Origin: Batkoa obscura
Lineage: Eukaryota
Direction of reading: 5' to 3'
Length of the DNA stretch: 64,000 nucleotides
Assembly (NCBI GenBank): GCA_030770535.1
Contig: JASVEC010000018.1
Coordinates: forward strand, 744,001 to 808,000
Under the pieces are notes generated by a model that saw nothing but the letters and a program-made list of their open reading frames with translations, was not told the origin of the DNA and made no database searches. This document shows, in pieces, positions 62,001 through 64,000 of the stretch. Position 1 is the first letter of the stretch; the number at the start of each line of letters is the position of its first letter. Both the position numbers and the translations under genes were made by a program.

Positions 62001-62323
62001 TTCAATCAAAGTTACCAGAGCTAGAGTCCTTATCCATGGATCAAATAGTAGAGCTTCAATTAAGTAAGCTTGAAATGATGGTATCTGGAGAATATAAGGA
62101 GATAGCATTATTTGATGATAAGTTTGGTACTGATATTAATCCTCATCATGGCTTATCGTATAAAATTTGGACTCCATCAGATAGGAATATCTATCGATTT
62201 TTCAAGGTTTATGAGAAACTTGAAAAAGAAAAACAAGTTAAAGTTTTAAATCGATTTAAAAGAATTATCACTGCTAAAGAAGATTACTTGGATAGAAGGG
62301 CTAAATCAGATAAATTGATCTAA
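59048..62323 (+). CDS. 1091-aa vWA-domain protein of unknown function, intronless
   Basis: N-terminal vWA MIDAS: IFIALDNSGSM, GGGNTF, ILFFSDG, FHSVGF; long uncharacterised C-terminal part. Confidence 0.85.
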   Translation: MEAINGLSIPFSNDEIAIKLEVPVEKVLETFEQGAHSQIEKHIFIALDNSGSMCGEPFKVAKEGILQLCQQSYSQVNGISLFVHNHECKEYHYQSGELFGPFEAVISGLSAGGGNTFKLVFDQMGKKIQALGPNPKSVSILFFSDGADCYEYTDKLINDPNSSMNQFKNLVQNQSDLVVDFHSVGFTQYHDAILLGKMAEIGHVDGSFQYVKEAQDIEKPLEILSEVMLLNRIQFYITFNSNSEVIDVKPNSLNEALVLIKKELDNEGMWLSIKSNDKNSGKVGFQKLCPIKLSPLEYSKIDSASYILAQCDIYEIHIKKLADKVLKSNIEPLSKEEIEVVITQLDGLEQKVKLLYGNIGSLSGIQRKVARPRVLVTKRLIDGLKEGIAKVKTSTLSNDMIASWQALASQNVLLLGNKARKTISKRSINNINPIEENEHKIEQTVENIDFEQLRSETNSKILDETTCPLTRSNFIEALEEGDCIGIGLQVKRSEACVFDSSLLQIINVGPTFMTCVGFMDILSFKIIQDEQEQMKLHGGFGGQAENGSVTTGLANETINAVMPLYLNEQHWKIASRRSKTMLSWTATLSITGGLGNEIKIIPFLVLSKCLDIIFQQPTEHNLFIFKLVLDTCMTIYNTSYTTSIKDEILEKYNNFFASPLNRMSDSIPNQSLFLAKVFCAIQAGDIRYDDFVQKFDSFSYFMSEEVVRRKITKVDFEGLKLDNYLDLFSIDKTSVVNDKMNKWKEEYNDRMQNLSKEGQIHYKEMFGKQLEEKKNEQNNINININEKNTNSNNDIDIPLPHYEYDINNIKFNKEALKFIDKIENETQSGLKYILTKMNQLTLNPTVVNSNSFMDEIKSIINSSNSEEFTYNTLSSEQKFSFFNQNYLNKSNESRRKLIEDNINIQTLNSDIGASKSYIKHLVESAVKKEYSTERSLYIKSLGDVEGFKLGLQFLNTQELDEAAGLLKFSVKFHSVKKFHQMITALQSKLPELESLSMDQIVELQLSKLEMMVSGEYKEIALFDDKFGTDINPHHGLSYKIWTPSDRNIYRFFKVYEKLEKEKQVKVLNRFKRIITAKEDYLDRRAKSDKLI

Positions 62324-62377
62324 TTTTATTTTAATAAAAGCTTGCTTTTTAATTAACGTAATTTTGTAACACCATAT

Positions 62378-62474
62378 AGGGATGTATTTTTTTATATAAA
62401 GATTTATTAACAATCTTCTCACTCAAATAGCGCTTGAAAAGTGGGCAAAGTGATAAAGCCTAAAAAACACCACC
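62378..62474 (+). mobile_element. MITE family A copy abutting the autonomous transposon
   Basis: ATAT|AGGGATGTATTTTT...CACTCAAATAGCGCTTGAAAAG...AAAAAACACCACC|ATAT. Confidence 0.85.
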
Positions 62475-62478
62475 ATAT

Positions 62479-64000
62479 GGGGCTGTCCTAATTGGTTTCA
62501 GAATCTACTTAGAAATTAATCCAAATTTAAAATTCCAAGTTTGTGTTCAATATAACGGTTAAATCTAAAAAGCCTAAAATTAAATGTCTCTATTTAAAAC
62601 TTATTTTAATTGTTTCCTTTTCTTAAATAGCTAATTTTCCTAACTATATATTTTATGTTAGTTCTGTTAGATATTTAACAGATATATAATATATAACTAT
62701 ATGATTATATAATTATATAAATACATAATTATATAAACATAGTTATTTGACTTTATTTGACTTTATTTTTTGTTGAAATAAAAATAAAATGCAAACTTTC
62801 ATAACTAAACTTCGAAATGGAATTTTTGAAAACTTCAATACAATAGGGAGGAGTACACAATATAAACATTGTAATTCATTTACATCAATTTTAAGAGCTA
62901 CTTATAACAACCCAAGGTTTATGGAATTTTATAATAAAACAAAACAAAGAAAAGATATATTATCAAAGTTTACTATCGATAATAATAAACTTAATCAAGC
63001 AATGTATAAAATTAGTGCTTTAAGGGAAACAGGAAACAAAAGTCAGCAAGTAGCGTTATTATCGACTATAGCTTCAGTATATTCTTTTGATGAATGTAAG
63101 AGTTTTGGGTTTAATATAAATAGAAATCAATATGATTATTCAAAAACAAGTAATAATAATAAAATATCAACATTAAAACCTATTATTAAAAATACAAAAA
63201 AAATTAAAGATGACCAAATTGAAACTATCATACAATATTTACTAAATGATTCAACTATTTCATCAAGATTTAACAAAAAAAGTAACGATAGTAAATATTC
63301 ATCAGATAATATATATATATTAAATAAAAGTAGAAGAATGATATATAGTAAATATTTGAATGATCTAAGAGATAAAGCAGTAGCTAGGTCAACGTTCTTT
63401 AAATATATACCAACTAATTTCAAAAATCCAGCAAGAAAAACGGATCTATGTAATATATGTACCCAGTATACAGTTAGAAAAAAGTTATTTGAAAATAAAA
63501 TAAATACAGCAAAAAACAAAGCAGAGATACAAGAAATTTTCAACGAAGAAGAAAAATTATACAAATTACATAGATTCTGTGTTGATACTCAAAAAAACAC
63601 ATTTAATGAAACTATCAAAAAATTAAATAACAAAAGTTGTATAATAGTTTTAGATTTTAAACAAAATATGGAAATAGGGACAAGACCAGATTCAATAAAT
63701 CTAGATCATTATAATAAACAAGCTATATCAGTATTAGGTTTTGGTGTATTATATTTAAAAGATGATAAAACAATAGGCAAAGTTTACTTTGATTATTTAT
63801 CTGAAATATTGAATCATGATTCAGCATATGCAGGAGATTGTTTAATCGATTTGATCTCTACAGAGCTTCTATTTAAAAAGTTTACAAAAATTAATATATG
63901 GGCAGATACAGGAAATCATTTTAGATCCCAAGAGTTTCTACACTATATGTTCAAACAAATTCATAAAATAAATAGTAGTTTGAATGTTAATCTTAATTTT
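62479..64000 (+). mobile_element. Left part of a putative autonomous Sola2-like DNA transposon (truncated by the window edge)
   Basis: Starts ATAT|GGGGCTGTCCTAATT, resembling the ends of families A and B; short subterminal repeats (TTATTTGACT, ATAATTATATA); then the transposase ORF. Confidence 0.7.
62789..64000 (+). CDS. Sola-type DDE/D transposase, N-terminal 404 codons (no stop in window)
   Basis: Manual translation: ARSTFFKYIP..RKTDLCNIC..LHRFC..CIIVLDFKQN..SVLGFGV..LNHDS..INIWADTGNHFRS; absent from the ORF track because it lacks a stop. Confidence 0.8.
   Translation, partial: MQTFITKLRNGIFENFNTIGRSTQYKHCNSFTSILRATYNNPRFMEFYNKTKQRKDILSKFTIDNNKLNQAMYKISALRETGNKSQQVALLSTIASVYSFDECKSFGFNINRNQYDYSKTSNNNKISTLKPIIKNTKKIKDDQIETIIQYLLNDSTISSRFNKKSNDSKYSSDNIYILNKSRRMIYSKYLNDLRDKAVARSTFFKYIPTNFKNPARKTDLCNICTQYTVRKKLFENKINTAKNKAEIQEIFNEEEKLYKLHRFCVDTQKNTFNETIKKLNNKSCIIVLDFKQNMEIGTRPDSINLDHYNKQAISVLGFGVLYLKDDKTIGKVYFDYLSEILNHDSAYAGDCLIDLISTELLFKKFTKINIWADTGNHFRSQEFLHYMFKQIHKINSSLNVNLNF

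Noticed and set aside
63136..63564. 142-aa hydrophobic minus-strand ORF
   Set aside because: Antisense shadow of the plus-strand transposase frame.

Overview
Very AT-rich eukaryotic DNA with mostly 40-60 nt GT-AG introns. The gene content is fungal (Zds1, Dad4, Hse1, Sec7, Yap/HapX-like bZIP), and BRCC36-like, BRD9-like and OSR1/SPAK-like genes point to an early-diverging lineage. An Entomophthorales/Conidiobolus-like fungus would fit, but that is inference only. The window holds one tRNA-Phe and about 22 protein genes. Intron-rich housekeeping genes are tightly packed, while intronless accessory genes (tyrosinase, class-3 lipase, triple Kunitz inhibitor, large vWA protein) sit in long AT-rich spacers. 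Four things are not visible in the ORF track: (1) an uninterrupted Sola2-like DDE transposase running off the right edge; (2) about 10 copies of a ~98-bp MITE with GGGG..CCCC-type ends and 4-bp target duplications, plus a second non-autonomous family; (3) a probable decayed MATCAP/DUF1704-like gene; (4) an orphan exon near 12.2-12.5 kb. The most interesting candidates are the Sola2-like/MITE system, a fungal 8-Cys Kunitz variant, and a secreted tyrosinase carrying its own Tyr/Lys/Pro repeat tail. All family calls come from motif recognition by eye; no searches were run.
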